A DNA stretch of 64,000 bases, from the IMG/VR virus record IMGVR_UViG_3300037237_000057. One strand, written 5' to 3'. This stretch comes from an uncultured virus (IMG/VR IMGVR_UViG_3300037237_000057) (Duplodnaviria; Heunggongvirae; Uroviricota; Caudoviricetes). Both the position numbers and the translations under genes were made by a program. Shown piece by piece: positions 40,703-51,022 of the stretch (position 1 is its first letter; each line of letters begins with the position of its first letter). A model generated the notes under the pieces. That model did not search any database. It worked only from the letters and a program-made list of their open reading frames with translations, and was not told where the DNA came from.

Positions 40703-43700
40703 TATGGGTTCTCTCCCGCCGTGCGCGCCTGGAACATCTGCGAGACAAACACGCAGGCATACTTCAACGAGAACCACGCATCTGGGATCGCCCCATTGGT
40801 GTATCTTGCCCTCCACCGCTCACTTAACCTTGACGGCGTATTGCGGCTGAGCCCCCTCATGGGGTTCAGTTCAAGTTGGAAGGGTCGAAGGTTGATCAGC
40901 CATGACTGTACTGGGTCTCCCGAGGTCCAATCGGTAATGCGCTTGGCTCCAGCGATGAAGGATACAAAGAGGCTGCCATTGCCGCGGGCATTCATGTTGA
41001 TGCCCTGGAGCTTGCAAAGCGTCATCATCTCCTGCGCCGCCACGCTCTCATACTGGCAATCGATTCCGGCGCCGTTGTCGTTGTAGACCCCGGGCGTGAT
41101 GGCCTGAACCGTCCCATCTGGACCCGATGAGGCAACCAGAAACTGCGAAAGGTACTGGCGCGCTGACTCTTCTGTGGTGCCGACTGGGCCCTCGTCCGGT
41201 ATCGGCTCGCCTGTAATCGTCCGATAGAGTCTGGCACCGACAAAGCCTTGAATCGAATCAACCGAGTATTTCCGGCACTGCTCGATCGTGATTTCCTTGC
41301 CCGAGTAGCGCGAGAATAGGAGCGGGTTGTTCCAGCCCTCCTCGTAATTAAGGGTTAGAACCACATTGGGCACCGTGCTGCTACCGACCGGGAAGCCCAT
41401 CTTTACCTCATGCTGCTCGACGTCGATTGCGCACCAGATGGTCCGCTGTGCCGCCCAATTGATCGTGTTCCACCAGCGCGGGAGTTCCTTCGAGACGAGT
41501 TCCGGGGCTGAACTCTCGTACTTATAGATACCGCTGGAGTGGACGAAGACCATAAACTGACCACAGACGTCGACGGCGCGCGGGCCGCAGGGTCCAGTCT
41601 TTGTCCAGCGATTCGTAACCACCCAGGTTGACGGGTCCCCGGTCGCCGGCGAGAGTTCGAAGCCGGAACGCTCTCTCAGGGAGTAGAGAACTCCTTGAAA
41701 CTCGCGCACGCACCAGGCGCGCTCTCCGTCATCGGTACCCACGGTGATGATGCTGGTGTCGCCGTAATAGCTCTCCGGGTCCGCCGCGAGCGAAACCCAG
41801 TGTCCTGAATAGAACCCGGGGACGCCAGACTGAAAGATTCTGTCAGTCGATGGCGAGTAATAGATGTCGATGCACTGCTGGGGCTGGATAACTCGCAGCC
41901 GGTCAGTATTGTCGGTCTCAGGGTTAGCTAGGAATTCATCGGTGAAGTTTATTGTGGCGCTCGATGTCCCATTCGGGAACATCGTGGAGGTCATTGAAAT
42001 GGTGTCAGAAACTACCGATTCCGGGATGTAGAAGAACGGGCCAACACTGAGACCGTCTGCCACACTCAAATTAAGGACGACGTTTTGAATGTAGTTGGGC
42101 CCTGTCGGCAGGTTGAAGACTGAGAGTTCCCATCCATTCTCATCCACAATACATTTGAACGCCGCGGCTGAGGTCATGCCCGAGAAGCTGTCAAACATAT
42201 CCTCATAGCAGATGATTCCCCACCGGTAGCCCTGGGTCCCGTTCGGGCCGCCCTGTGTCGTATCCTGCGCCACATTACCAGCCGTGCCGGTTGTATTGAC
42301 GATTGGAGGCGGTGCGCCAACTACCGAAGCGGTGACGGTGACGGTTGCGCCTGTGCCGTAAGTGCCGATGAGAGCGAAGTCTTGGAATTGTGGGAATGCG
42401 TTGCCGTCAAAGGTGGTTCCGGTCGGCACATCGCACTCGTAGAGGTTGATGCCTGTGAGGGCATAGCCCTGGGGGAACTGGGTTGTGACCACGATCGCAT
42501 CGTCCAAGAGCGTGTCGACGATGGAGTTTGCCGGGCCTGGGAGCGTCTCACCTGCTGAATTGAGGTAGGTCTGGAGTATGTAGACGTCGCGGCCTGCCGG
42601 GAATGTTCCACCGCCAGCCGCTCGCGCGATGATTGGCTCAACGTCAGGGGTGGGCAGCTGGCCGCCTGTGATGCGCGCGCTGTTGGTTGTTGGGGGGCTG
42701 ATGGCTGTGGGAGTAACGCTGGTAATCGAGGCGACCGCGCCGAGCATCCAAGGGTTTCCCGGCGCATTCGTGTACGTAGACAGTTGCGGAGGCGCGTCTC
42801 CGGTTGCCACGGAGGCAAAGTAGACGTTGGCTGAGGTTGGAACGTACTGCGCAGGGAGTCCGCGGATCCAGCCCGCCATCGACGCAAGGGTGGGAATCGT
42901 GATGTTGACGGTGGTGGACGCCGCTATGGTTGCGATCTTCGCGGAAAGCCCGGGAAGGCTCTCCCCCTGATTATTAAGCAGGGTGATGACGATATAGACG
43001 TCGAGTCCCGCTGCGATGAAGCCTGCGCCCGCAAGGGAGAGCACCGGTACGCCGGGCGCCGGGATAGCGTTGGCGAGTACCGGCGTCTGCTCTTTCCAGA
43101 TAGCCGTACCGTCATTAACCGTTCCACCCTCAAGGAGTGGCCAGATAGGCTGATTCTGTCCGCACGTCCCAGCCTGGGTGCAGATGTAGAGATGGCCATT
43201 CCCGATCGCCACAGTCACGCCGCTTTGAAGTTGCGACGAAGTGACGCACTCCCCGGCCAGAACCTGAGCGCCGGCGTACCAGCCGAAGCCTACCGGTTTC
43301 ATGCCGTAGGGATAAAGCTTCTTTGTAAAAAGATCGTAGACGGAGGGGAATGCTGTAGGGGTGAGGAGGTTCGAGAACCCCATCCAAGCACAATTATATG
43401 CCTGGGTGCCGATCATGTGAGACTGAGCGGGAAGGGTTACGAGCGGGCCCGTTATGCCTGTAGTGCGCCCGGTCCCTGTCGGATTCTCGATCTGGAGAGC
43501 GCCGGAATAGTCGTACAGCAATATGGCCTGAAAGTAGGCCTGTGTCGCGGCCTCTGGAGTGTAGGCACACCCCAAGAGTCCTGTGATGGGGCTCTGATTC
43601 TTCCCCTGGATTGCTGTCTGGAGTCCCCAGCGTGTCTCAACCTCGGTGAGATTGAACCGGCAGTTCTGCGCGAGGGCTGCACAGCCCATCGGTAGGTTTG

Positions 43701-43773
43701 TCGGATCATCCTCATCTACAAGACCGAGCCAGCGGGAGAATTCGACTTTCGTCGCGTTCCCGTAATTGGCCAT
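40702..43773 (-). CDS. Putative tail nozzle/hub (packaged-DNA stabilisation-like) protein
   Basis: 1023 aa with GLVDEDDP...ALAQNCRF start, beta-propeller-like blades (GPCGPRAV, WNTINW) and inserted Ig-like repeats; follows the adaptor. Confidence 0.65.
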   Translation of the reverse strand: MANYGNATKVEFSRWLGLVDEDDPTNLPMGCAALAQNCRFNLTEVETRWGLQTAIQGKNQSPITGLLGCAYTPEAATQAYFQAILLYDYSGALQIENPTGTGRTTGITGPLVTLPAQSHMIGTQAYNCAWMGFSNLLTPTAFPSVYDLFTKKLYPYGMKPVGFGWYAGAQVLAGECVTSSQLQSGVTVAIGNGHLYICTQAGTCGQNQPIWPLLEGGTVNDGTAIWKEQTPVLANAIPAPGVPVLSLAGAGFIAAGLDVYIVITLLNNQGESLPGLSAKIATIAASTTVNITIPTLASMAGWIRGLPAQYVPTSANVYFASVATGDAPPQLSTYTNAPGNPWMLGAVASITSVTPTAISPPTTNSARITGGQLPTPDVEPIIARAAGGGTFPAGRDVYILQTYLNSAGETLPGPANSIVDTLLDDAIVVTTQFPQGYALTGINLYECDVPTGTTFDGNAFPQFQDFALIGTYGTGATVTVTASVVGAPPPIVNTTGTAGNVAQDTTQGGPNGTQGYRWGIICYEDMFDSFSGMTSAAAFKCIVDENGWELSVFNLPTGPNYIQNVVLNLSVADGLSVGPFFYIPESVVSDTISMTSTMFPNGTSSATINFTDEFLANPETDNTDRLRVIQPQQCIDIYYSPSTDRIFQSGVPGFYSGHWVSLAADPESYYGDTSIITVGTDDGERAWCVREFQGVLYSLRERSGFELSPATGDPSTWVVTNRWTKTGPCGPRAVDVCGQFMVFVHSSGIYKYESSAPELVSKELPRWWNTINWAAQRTIWCAIDVEQHEVKMGFPVGSSTVPNVVLTLNYEEGWNNPLLFSRYSGKEITIEQCRKYSVDSIQGFVGARLYRTITGEPIPDEGPVGTTEESARQYLSQFLVASSGPDGTVQAITPGVYNDNGAGIDCQYESVAAQEMMTLCKLQGINMNARGNGSLFVSFIAGAKRITDWTSGDPVQSWLINLRPFQLELNPMRGLSRNTPSRLSERWRARYTNGAIPDAWFSLKYACVFVSQMFQARTAGENP

Positions 43774-43781
43774 CTACCTGC

Positions 43782-44150
43782 CTAGAGGCTCTGCTCGTTG
43801 TGGTCTAACTCCACAATGAAAACACCTGCCAGAATAGCCGCAGCATACGCAATGGCCGTCAACTCAGTGGTTCCGTTCCAGAGCGAGACGTCATACTGCC
43901 CTGCTGTTGCGGTAGGCTTCAACTGCATCTGCCAGCCGCCCGATTGCACACTCGACACGCGGGGAGGCGTCGAGGGGAATCCGTTGGGGCCGGTGATGGT
44001 CTGCGCGGTTGTGTTGAGCAGGTCCTTGGCAAGCAGGCTCAGAACCTCGCCCGGGTCGCCGGGATAGTTGGCAGCAAGGATGATCTGGACCACGGTTGTC
44101 TTGAAGTTCCTACCAGACTTCTGATAGAGAAAATTTGCGGTTGCTGACAT
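43782..44150 (-). CDS. Small beta-rich virion protein (decoration/fibre-like)
   Basis: AAGGAG RBS; 122 aa within the structural cluster. Confidence 0.5.
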   Translation of the reverse strand: MSATANFLYQKSGRNFKTTVVQIILAANYPGDPGEVLSLLAKDLLNTTAQTITGPNGFPSTPPRVSSVQSGGWQMQLKPTATAGQYDVSLWNGTTELTAIAYAAAILAGVFIVELDHNEQSL

Positions 44151-44173
44151 GGCGTTGCTCCTTGGTGAAAGTT

Positions 44174-44887
44174 TTAGATGAGCTTAAGGTAGAGGCCAAA
44201 ACCGCGCCACTCCCATCCCATATTTCCTTGAAGACTGAGATTCCAGCCGGTACGGCCGCGCTGGGAGTTTGCCCGATTCGGGCTGCCCAGACGGAATGTG
44301 TTGTGCTGCTGCTGTTGGACGAGCTTGCGGGCTATCTCATCCCACGCCGCCTGTCCCAGTTTCCCGTAGTTCAGAGCCCACCCATCATTAGGACGCTCCA
44401 CGCCGATCAATGCGCCGATAGAGTAAGCCAGCGCGTGAGCCGCGAGTGGGTGGACCTGCACAACATCGTCATCTTTGAGCAGGGGAACGGGCCGGAAGTC
44501 TCCCCGAACGCGAATATCGAACACTCCCGGCATGACCTGGGTGCATGTGTCGGGTAGGATGGTGCACTCCTGGACCGGCTTGTATCCAATGTTGGGTGAG
44601 CCTGCTATTTTGAAGTCCACATACCGTGGCTCGACCAGTTGCGCAAGGGGATAAGTGTTATTCGGGTTGGCATTTACCACCAGGTCAGATTCATCTATCC
44701 CCACCTGGACGCCTGGAATGACGACTACCCTTTCGATGAATGGCGAGCAGGACCCCTCGAGGTAGAGAATCGCGTCCTCGTAGGCGGTCTGGCAGAGTGG
44801 AGAGAAATACTCCGGCGTGAGCCAGTCGAAGTAAGGATCTCCGACCAGCCCCGCCACCTGCCCGTAAACATCTTTTCGGGTCTGCAT
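44174..44887 (-). CDS. Putative head-tail adaptor
   Basis: Helical N- and C-termini flanking a beta core (VAGLVGDP...HALAYSIGAL); position downstream of the capsid gene. Confidence 0.55.
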   Translation of the reverse strand: MQTRKDVYGQVAGLVGDPYFDWLTPEYFSPLCQTAYEDAILYLEGSCSPFIERVVVIPGVQVGIDESDLVVNANPNNTYPLAQLVEPRYVDFKIAGSPNIGYKPVQECTILPDTCTQVMPGVFDIRVRGDFRPVPLLKDDDVVQVHPLAAHALAYSIGALIGVERPNDGWALNYGKLGQAAWDEIARKLVQQQQHNTFRLGSPNRANSQRGRTGWNLSLQGNMGWEWRGFGLYLKLI

Positions 44888-45832
44888 TTAGTTTGCCCGT
44901 GCCTCAGTGCGGCGCTTCTGTTCTGCATTGGCTTTCTTCCACTGCTCGGCGTTCAGCGTGTTCATGCGGACGTGGGCGACGTCGATTTCTCCGCTCATGT
45001 AGGCCAACAGTGGATCAACGACATAGGAGCACTTGCACATGCCGGTCTTCGAGACATACTGCGCGTTGCACCGCGGGCAGCAATCCTCGGCCTTGAACTG
45101 GACGTTGCGCCAGGATGGGGCATTCTGAATCTGCTTCATGGTCAACATGAAGTCGGCAACCGTGTGCTGGTACTTCTGGATGTTCTTGCGCTTCAGCGGG
45201 TCATCGGCGTCGTGGTTTGCCTCCATCAAGACCGCATTGCAGTGGTTGTAGAGTTGCTCGTCGGCCTCGGCAAGCAAATCCTTCAGTTCGCGGTCCACAA
45301 AGTGTAAATACCGCTCGCCCTTACGGAACACGAATTCAGGGACTCTTACGACTGTTGACGGCTTGACTCCCTCAAGCGTGCCCTCAAAGACCACCACGCC
45401 GCCAGACTTAACTAATTTGTCCTCGTCGGTCTCACCGATGTACCAATGCTTGAATTCCATCAACTGCTCGACGGGGAGAAGAATCTTGACGTCATAGTTG
45501 GCGCGCAGGCTCTTGTCCGACATTTCCTGGTTGCCGCGGTAGATCGGAAAACTGCGGGTCCCTGTGACGGTGAGGCTTGAAAACGGCTTGGCTGTGTCGC
45601 GGGCCGGGACCTTGTAATCCCAGAGGCCGGTCTCTACCTTGAGTTCGAACGGTGAGCGGTTGAGGATGGTGGCCGGCTTGATCTCGCCGCGCAACTCTAA
45701 CTCGGTGAGCTTTCGTTCACGGATGCGCAGCCGCGACTGTGCCGCTTGACCGAGATGGCCCATATCTGGTTTGCCGCCAGACGCTAGCACTGAGTCGGCG
45801 CCGATGATCGGGGGTGTGATTATGCTTGACAT
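44888..45832 (-). CDS. Hypothetical protein with C-terminal Zn ribbon
   Basis: 314 aa; CPRC...CKC. Confidence 0.65.
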   Translation of the reverse strand: MSSIITPPIIGADSVLASGGKPDMGHLGQAAQSRLRIRERKLTELELRGEIKPATILNRSPFELKVETGLWDYKVPARDTAKPFSSLTVTGTRSFPIYRGNQEMSDKSLRANYDVKILLPVEQLMEFKHWYIGETDEDKLVKSGGVVVFEGTLEGVKPSTVVRVPEFVFRKGERYLHFVDRELKDLLAEADEQLYNHCNAVLMEANHDADDPLKRKNIQKYQHTVADFMLTMKQIQNAPSWRNVQFKAEDCCPRCNAQYVSKTGMCKCSYVVDPLLAYMSGEIDVAHVRMNTLNAEQWKKANAEQKRRTEARAN

Positions 45833-45872
45833 GGTGAAACTCTCCCTTTCTCCGAGAACTTGTCCCGCGAGG

Positions 45873-46568
45873 TTAAATGTGACTCGTCAGCCCTTGACGG
45901 TTGACGAGCCGATTGCGGAACCCGCTGAGTGCCGGATTCCCTTTAATTGACTCCAGATGCGACAGACGCTGGTAAGTTACCTCTTTCAGGAATGCATCGT
46001 ACTGAGCCTGCTCCCGCTCGTCCGCCTCCTCCATATCGTGCTTCATAGCCCTTGCAATCACTTCCTCGTCAACCGTGCCGTGCAGATGGGAGGAATTCTC
46101 CCACTGGGCAATGGCCCCCCTGATGTCCTCAAGTAGAGGAATCTGCGGCCACGGTCCCCCGCCCGACAGCATGAAGTAGCCGCCGCGCTCGGGATATGGC
46201 CCCATCATCGGGGTCACGTTGTCTTGAGAGAGAGCCGATTCCCATTGCTGGCGGGTGCCGAATGCTGATGGTGGAAACCACCGCTCGAGCACCCAGCCGG
46301 TGCAGGGGTACTTTGGAACCCAGAACATGCCGATACGGATTGCATCGGGCGCAATCTGCCGAGTTGTGTACCGAACGTCTTTGCCCACTGTCTCAAAGTG
46401 GACCTGCTCGGTATCCTCGGCAAACTCCGTCCACATGCCGGCGCGCTGGACTAGATGATTTTCAGCCAGAATGATGCGCCAGTTCGGATCGCCGTACTCG
46501 GTCTTACCGCCCCAGCGGAGGAGCTTGTCAGTCACTTCCGCTGGGGTGTCACGCAATGGGTTGTTCAT
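45873..46568 (-). CDS. Hypothetical protein downstream of capsid gene
   Basis: 231 aa, Trp-rich. Confidence 0.65.
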   Translation of the reverse strand: MNNPLRDTPAEVTDKLLRWGGKTEYGDPNWRIILAENHLVQRAGMWTEFAEDTEQVHFETVGKDVRYTTRQIAPDAIRIGMFWVPKYPCTGWVLERWFPPSAFGTRQQWESALSQDNVTPMMGPYPERGGYFMLSGGGPWPQIPLLEDIRGAIAQWENSSHLHGTVDEEVIARAMKHDMEEADEREQAQYDAFLKEVTYQRLSHLESIKGNPALSGFRNRLVNRQGLTSHI

Positions 46569-46570
46569 CG

Positions 46571-47875
46571 TTAGTTGCTGAACGAGGTCTGGATGCTGAG
46601 CCCGTAGATAACTCCGCTAGTCCAGTTGTTGCGGCTCGCATAGTTGACCGCATCGTACAGCCAAGCGTCCTTGTACGAGCTAGTGTTGTTCCCGCTCGGA
46701 CGTTGGAACCAGATGCCCTCAATCTGCCCTGGCACAAACTGCGGCGCGTCGTTGAAACGGCAGCGGATCATGCTGGAGCGGTCCATGAAGTAGAGCTTGT
46801 CGACTGCGGCCACTGTATCCAGAAGCCACTCGACGCCGGCAATCATCTCCATGGAGAAGGTGTCGGGTACGCCATCAAACTTGGGTGCCTTGCCTGTCGG
46901 CATGGTCACTTGCTGGATGGCAAAGCCCAACTGATTCCACGATGCCCGCTGCGCATTGTGCCCGTACCAGAAGTTTTTGGGCCGGTCGCGGTTGTACGTG
47001 GTGTTGCCCAAAGCCTGCTGCATACGGGTGAGGAACGTCTCCGCGATGCCCAGAGTGAGCAGCGAGTTGGCGTTGTATGCGGGGGATTGGACGTAAGACA
47101 GGCTGCGGTCCATGCCCAGGTACTCGCCAGTTGTATTCGGGCTGACGATGTACTGGATGCCGTTGAAGAATAAGGGCGAACCGGACGCCACGTTGTTGAC
47201 CATGACGTAATCGCCTGCGACCACGCCCGCGGGGACGGTATCGACGGTGACTTGGTTGCCGGTGCCGATGCCGTTCTTGGGAGCGTCGACGACAACTGCG
47301 GAGCCGCGAAGGGTGTAATTTCCATCACCCGACATGAACTGAATGGTGTCCTGGATGTCGATGAGCCTGGAGCCGAACGGGGTTGTTGCGAGAGAGATGG
47401 GGTTTGCACCGCCGCCTGCATATCCCGCTGCAACGGTCGCAATCTGGCCGGTATTGAAGCCCTGGAGCGACTGGTTGCGTTTCTTGGGCATCTTGGTGTG
47501 GGCGTCGGCCACGAGCTTGTCCACGGGGTTGACGGCAATAACTGTCTTGCCGCTGGACCCGATGCGCTTCTGGAGATCGGTCGCGGTGATGGCCAGCAGG
47601 ATCTCAACCGGGGTCATAATCCCCTCGTTGTAGGCCCCGCCAGTGCCGGTCGGGTAGTTGCCGCCATCGGTCGAGCCTGCGCCGAAGCTGCCTCCGTACT
47701 CATACTGGAGCATGACGCGGAACTCTTGAAGGCTGGTGATAGTCTGCGGTCCCATGGTGGAGAAACGCCGATCGAGTTCGGATTCCATGTTCTCGATGAC
47801 TTCCTTGGGAGGCGTGTAAGTCTGCAGCATGATTACGGAATCAGCGGCGGCGGTGGTGAAATTGGGTGCGGGCAT
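46571..47875 (-). CDS. Major capsid protein
   Basis: ATG 47875 after AAGGAG; ~434 aa, directly after the scaffold-like gene. FNGIQYIV and C-terminal beta pattern fit an HK97-fold coat with an insertion domain. Confidence 0.75.
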   Translation of the reverse strand: MPAPNFTTAAADSVIMLQTYTPPKEVIENMESELDRRFSTMGPQTITSLQEFRVMLQYEYGGSFGAGSTDGGNYPTGTGGAYNEGIMTPVEILLAITATDLQKRIGSSGKTVIAVNPVDKLVADAHTKMPKKRNQSLQGFNTGQIATVAAGYAGGGANPISLATTPFGSRLIDIQDTIQFMSGDGNYTLRGSAVVVDAPKNGIGTGNQVTVDTVPAGVVAGDYVMVNNVASGSPLFFNGIQYIVSPNTTGEYLGMDRSLSYVQSPAYNANSLLTLGIAETFLTRMQQALGNTTYNRDRPKNFWYGHNAQRASWNQLGFAIQQVTMPTGKAPKFDGVPDTFSMEMIAGVEWLLDTVAAVDKLYFMDRSSMIRCRFNDAPQFVPGQIEGIWFQRPSGNNTSSYKDAWLYDAVNYASRNNWTSGVIYGLSIQTSFSN

Positions 47876-48083
47876 GTGAATACACTCCTTCGCGCGCACT
47901 CGGGGTAACGAGGCGGCGGGTCAATTCTCGGTTAGGAGTGGGTGGTGCGCCTGGCGGCCAATGCCGGAGGCGGCTGGGGGCTGTGAGCGTCTCGCTTTTC
48001 TCTGCACCGGTTGGCCCGCCTCGGAGGGGGCGCTTGCTACTCCGATTGGTCCTCTGCAGGTACTGGACTGCGCTCGGTCGGTA

Positions 48084-49790
48084 CTATCCTGCTGCTAAAA
48101 CCTGTCTTTGGCGCCCGAAAATCTGACTCATGCGCTCGGTATCAGTTAAAGAATGCCAGTCTTTGTTCTCTTTGGCAAGTTGATTCTCTGCCGCTTTCCA
48201 TGCGTCAGCCGAGCTAAGTACCTGCGGTTTGACTGCTGGGCCCTGCGTGGGCTCCTTGCTGGCTGCGGGTGGAGTGTCCACTCTGCCGGCCTCGGCGGCA
48301 CCCTGAACCTCGGCACCGTGCTTGCGAACCAATTTGGTAACAATTCGGTTCAGGAGGCTTCTGCCGCTCTCGTCCCTTGATTGGAGTACGGCGTCAAATG
48401 CTTTGATCCTCTCCTGCATGTTCTCAGGCGTTGGGCTTGCCAGATACTGCAACTCCAACTGCTGCTGCTTGTTGGTCTCAAATGGGTCAGCCTTGATGTA
48501 ATTCTCGATCTCCATGCCAATGGCGTTATCAAAAGCACTATAGTTTTGGCCTGGGACCTTGGCATCCAACTGCCACTGCGGAATGACAGCGCCAGCCGCG
48601 CGAAGCTTCTCGACGATCTGCTTGGCCTGGGTAAAGGTGCGGTTGCCAGCTTCCGCGAAGAACTTAGCCGTTCCCTCTTTGTAGACCTTAGCGCGGTCCT
48701 GCTTGGCGCTCCCACCCGCCGTGGCTGCGTTGGCTGCCTCGATGCGCTTTGCCTCGTCCAGCCTTGCCTGGACCTCGGCGCGGGCATCTGGAGCGAGGCT
48801 AGAGAGGTCTGGATCAGCCTTGGGACTGGTTGAGGGGTGAAGGTCGTCTTTCACGATCGACAAAGCCAACTTCATGTCGTTGTCGCGCTCGCGCTCGGCG
48901 TCACTGCCATACTTGTTCGCAGCCAGACGAGACTCAACCTCTTCGAGCGTGTTGTTGGCGTAGCGATCGATTACATGCTCGGTGAACATATAAAGGTCGT
49001 CGCCGTATACGGGCTGGCCCTGGGCGTCCATGACCTGCTTACCGTCTGGACCGGTGACGGCAAACTCCTGCATAAATGAGTCAAAGGCCCCCGCCATGTT
49101 CTCAGGGGTCTCGGCCATGCGGAACTGGTTACGGAGCGCCACGGTGCGCGCTGAGGTCTCGCGGGAGAACTTGGCGGACTCGGCTGTCGGGAAGATGCCT
49201 TTGAACTGAGACAGTTCCGCGTGCTCCCGGGCGAGCTTCATAATTGCGCCCTTGGCTGCCGGGTTGGCTTCGATGGCTGCTTTGAGCGTTTCGTCCCCCT
49301 TGAGGATGTCATTCATCATCTGCGGGGTGATGGTCGGAGCTTCATCGAGCGAGTACGTCTCGGCTTCGGCTGCTGGGACTTCCGCCTCGGCTGCCTTGTC
49401 GTCGACCTTGGGAGCTTCGGCCGCGGGGGCGTCGGCTACCGGTGCAACCTCTGCCGGGGGCGCTTCGGTCCCGGCCCACGGTGAATCGTCCTTGATCTCT
49501 ACGCCGGGGTTTGCTGCCTTGAAATCTTCGAGTTGCTGCCGCCAGGTTACTTCGGCCTGGTAGGACTCAACCGCATTGCCGTACTCGCTTGCGTTGAGCT
49601 TTGCTGGAGGCTGAGGGCCTGCTGGCGCAGCTGGCGGGACGCCTGCCGCTGGTGTTGCCGTGGGTGGCGGCGATGCGACAGGCGCTGAGGTAGGGGCTGG
49701 GGGTGCTGCGGCTGCGGGTGCGGCTGGTGGAGCGGCCGGCGCCGGTGCTGCGGCTGCCGGCGCGCTGGGAACGACTGGAGTTGATGCCAT
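48084..49790 (-). CDS. Putative capsid scaffolding protein
   Basis: Pro/Ala-rich N-terminus, acidic helical body; lies between portal and capsid. Confidence 0.6.
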   Translation of the reverse strand: MASTPVVPSAPAAAAPAPAAPPAAPAAAAPPAPTSAPVASPPPTATPAAGVPPAAPAGPQPPAKLNASEYGNAVESYQAEVTWRQQLEDFKAANPGVEIKDDSPWAGTEAPPAEVAPVADAPAAEAPKVDDKAAEAEVPAAEAETYSLDEAPTITPQMMNDILKGDETLKAAIEANPAAKGAIMKLAREHAELSQFKGIFPTAESAKFSRETSARTVALRNQFRMAETPENMAGAFDSFMQEFAVTGPDGKQVMDAQGQPVYGDDLYMFTEHVIDRYANNTLEEVESRLAANKYGSDAERERDNDMKLALSIVKDDLHPSTSPKADPDLSSLAPDARAEVQARLDEAKRIEAANAATAGGSAKQDRAKVYKEGTAKFFAEAGNRTFTQAKQIVEKLRAAGAVIPQWQLDAKVPGQNYSAFDNAIGMEIENYIKADPFETNKQQQLELQYLASPTPENMQERIKAFDAVLQSRDESGRSLLNRIVTKLVRKHGAEVQGAAEAGRVDTPPAASKEPTQGPAVKPQVLSSADAWKAAENQLAKENKDWHSLTDTERMSQIFGRQRQVLAAG

Positions 49791-49838
49791 GGGTAACGCT
49801 CCTTGAATCTGCGAGGACTTGCCCCGTCAGGTTGAGAA

Positions 49839-51011
49839 TTACTTGTTGATCTGGCCGGTTGCGGTGTTGACCTTTCCGGCGAGTTGGGCTGCCTTACTGT
49901 CATCCGCGATCTGCTGATTCGTGGGCTGGATAGGCACCACGGTCGATCTCGGCATAGAAGAAGATACCGGCTCGTGGATCCGAGGGGCGACTGAAGTAGG
50001 GCCCTCCGTTGCCGGCTCGCCTCTCATCCCCGCCCGTTGCGCAGCCTCAACAGACGCCATGTTGGCTGGATTTTCTGGGAAAACAGGCAGCCCACCGCTC
50101 ACTGGACTTCCAGGGTATGCCGTCGGATAGTTTTTCCCGATTCTGACGAGGCGATCTCGAACGTAACCAGCGGAATCGCCGCCCTCAACGAAGAAGACTG
50201 GCCCACCCGCCTCGCTCTCCGGCTCGATTTTCACGATCTGGAGCAGGTTGGGATTTATCTTCCCGTCGCTCTCAATCACGCGGACCTGATCCCCAGCCTT
50301 CAACTGTGGACCCACATTGTAGGAGCCGGGGTAGTCAGTTCCGTCGCCGGTCTCGGTCCAATGATCGGCTCCGTCTGGATAGCGCAGACTGCCTGATCCG
50401 GGTTTTTCATTGACCAGCTTATCGACGACTGCGGTTGAGATCAGCGTTGCAGGTGGATGCTGGTGCGCGAGATTACGCAGCCGCGAATCCCTGTCGATGT
50501 CGCTTTCGAGCACTTGGCGCTGATCCAGAGGCACATGAATTCCCGGTGTGCCGACGAGTGCCGGATCGATGGCCGACACGGCCGGCCTGTTGTTGTATGG
50601 AGCAAAGCCAGCACGGCCGGCAGGAACTGGTGCCCCACCATATGCCTGCTCATGTCCCTCTGGATAGCCTCCCGAGCCTGGGGCTACCGAGCCCGGATGG
50701 TCACCTAAACGGTTGTTCCATTCCAAAGCATCCGCATGATCGGCAAGCAGTGCCGCGTGTGCGTCATTCACGGGAAGATCGAACCAACCGTAGCCGGCGC
50801 CTGCGTTGAGGGGAGGAACGCCAAGTTGGACAGTTCCAACCTTGCGGGTTGCGCCCGAAAGGACGAGTGTGGGTCCGCTGGTTGGGTCCGCGTACAGCAC
50901 GGAAAGAAATTCCCGGCCGTCTGCCTGTAACTGCGAGCTCACAACCAGCGCAGGAACTGCTACGCCGTTGCGAACGAGGACTACAAGGTCATTGAATCTT
51001 TTCTGTGCCAT
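49839..51011 (-). CDS. Hypothetical protein (SH3/KOW-like modules, Pro/Gly linkers)
   Basis: AAGGAG RBS; LKAGDQVRVIE motif. Confidence 0.6.
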   Translation of the reverse strand: MAQKRFNDLVVLVRNGVAVPALVVSSQLQADGREFLSVLYADPTSGPTLVLSGATRKVGTVQLGVPPLNAGAGYGWFDLPVNDAHAALLADHADALEWNNRLGDHPGSVAPGSGGYPEGHEQAYGGAPVPAGRAGFAPYNNRPAVSAIDPALVGTPGIHVPLDQRQVLESDIDRDSRLRNLAHQHPPATLISTAVVDKLVNEKPGSGSLRYPDGADHWTETGDGTDYPGSYNVGPQLKAGDQVRVIESDGKINPNLLQIVKIEPESEAGGPVFFVEGGDSAGYVRDRLVRIGKNYPTAYPGSPVSGGLPVFPENPANMASVEAAQRAGMRGEPATEGPTSVAPRIHEPVSSSMPRSTVVPIQPTNQQIADDSKAAQLAGKVNTATGQINK

Positions 51012-51022
51012 GTTGATTCTCC

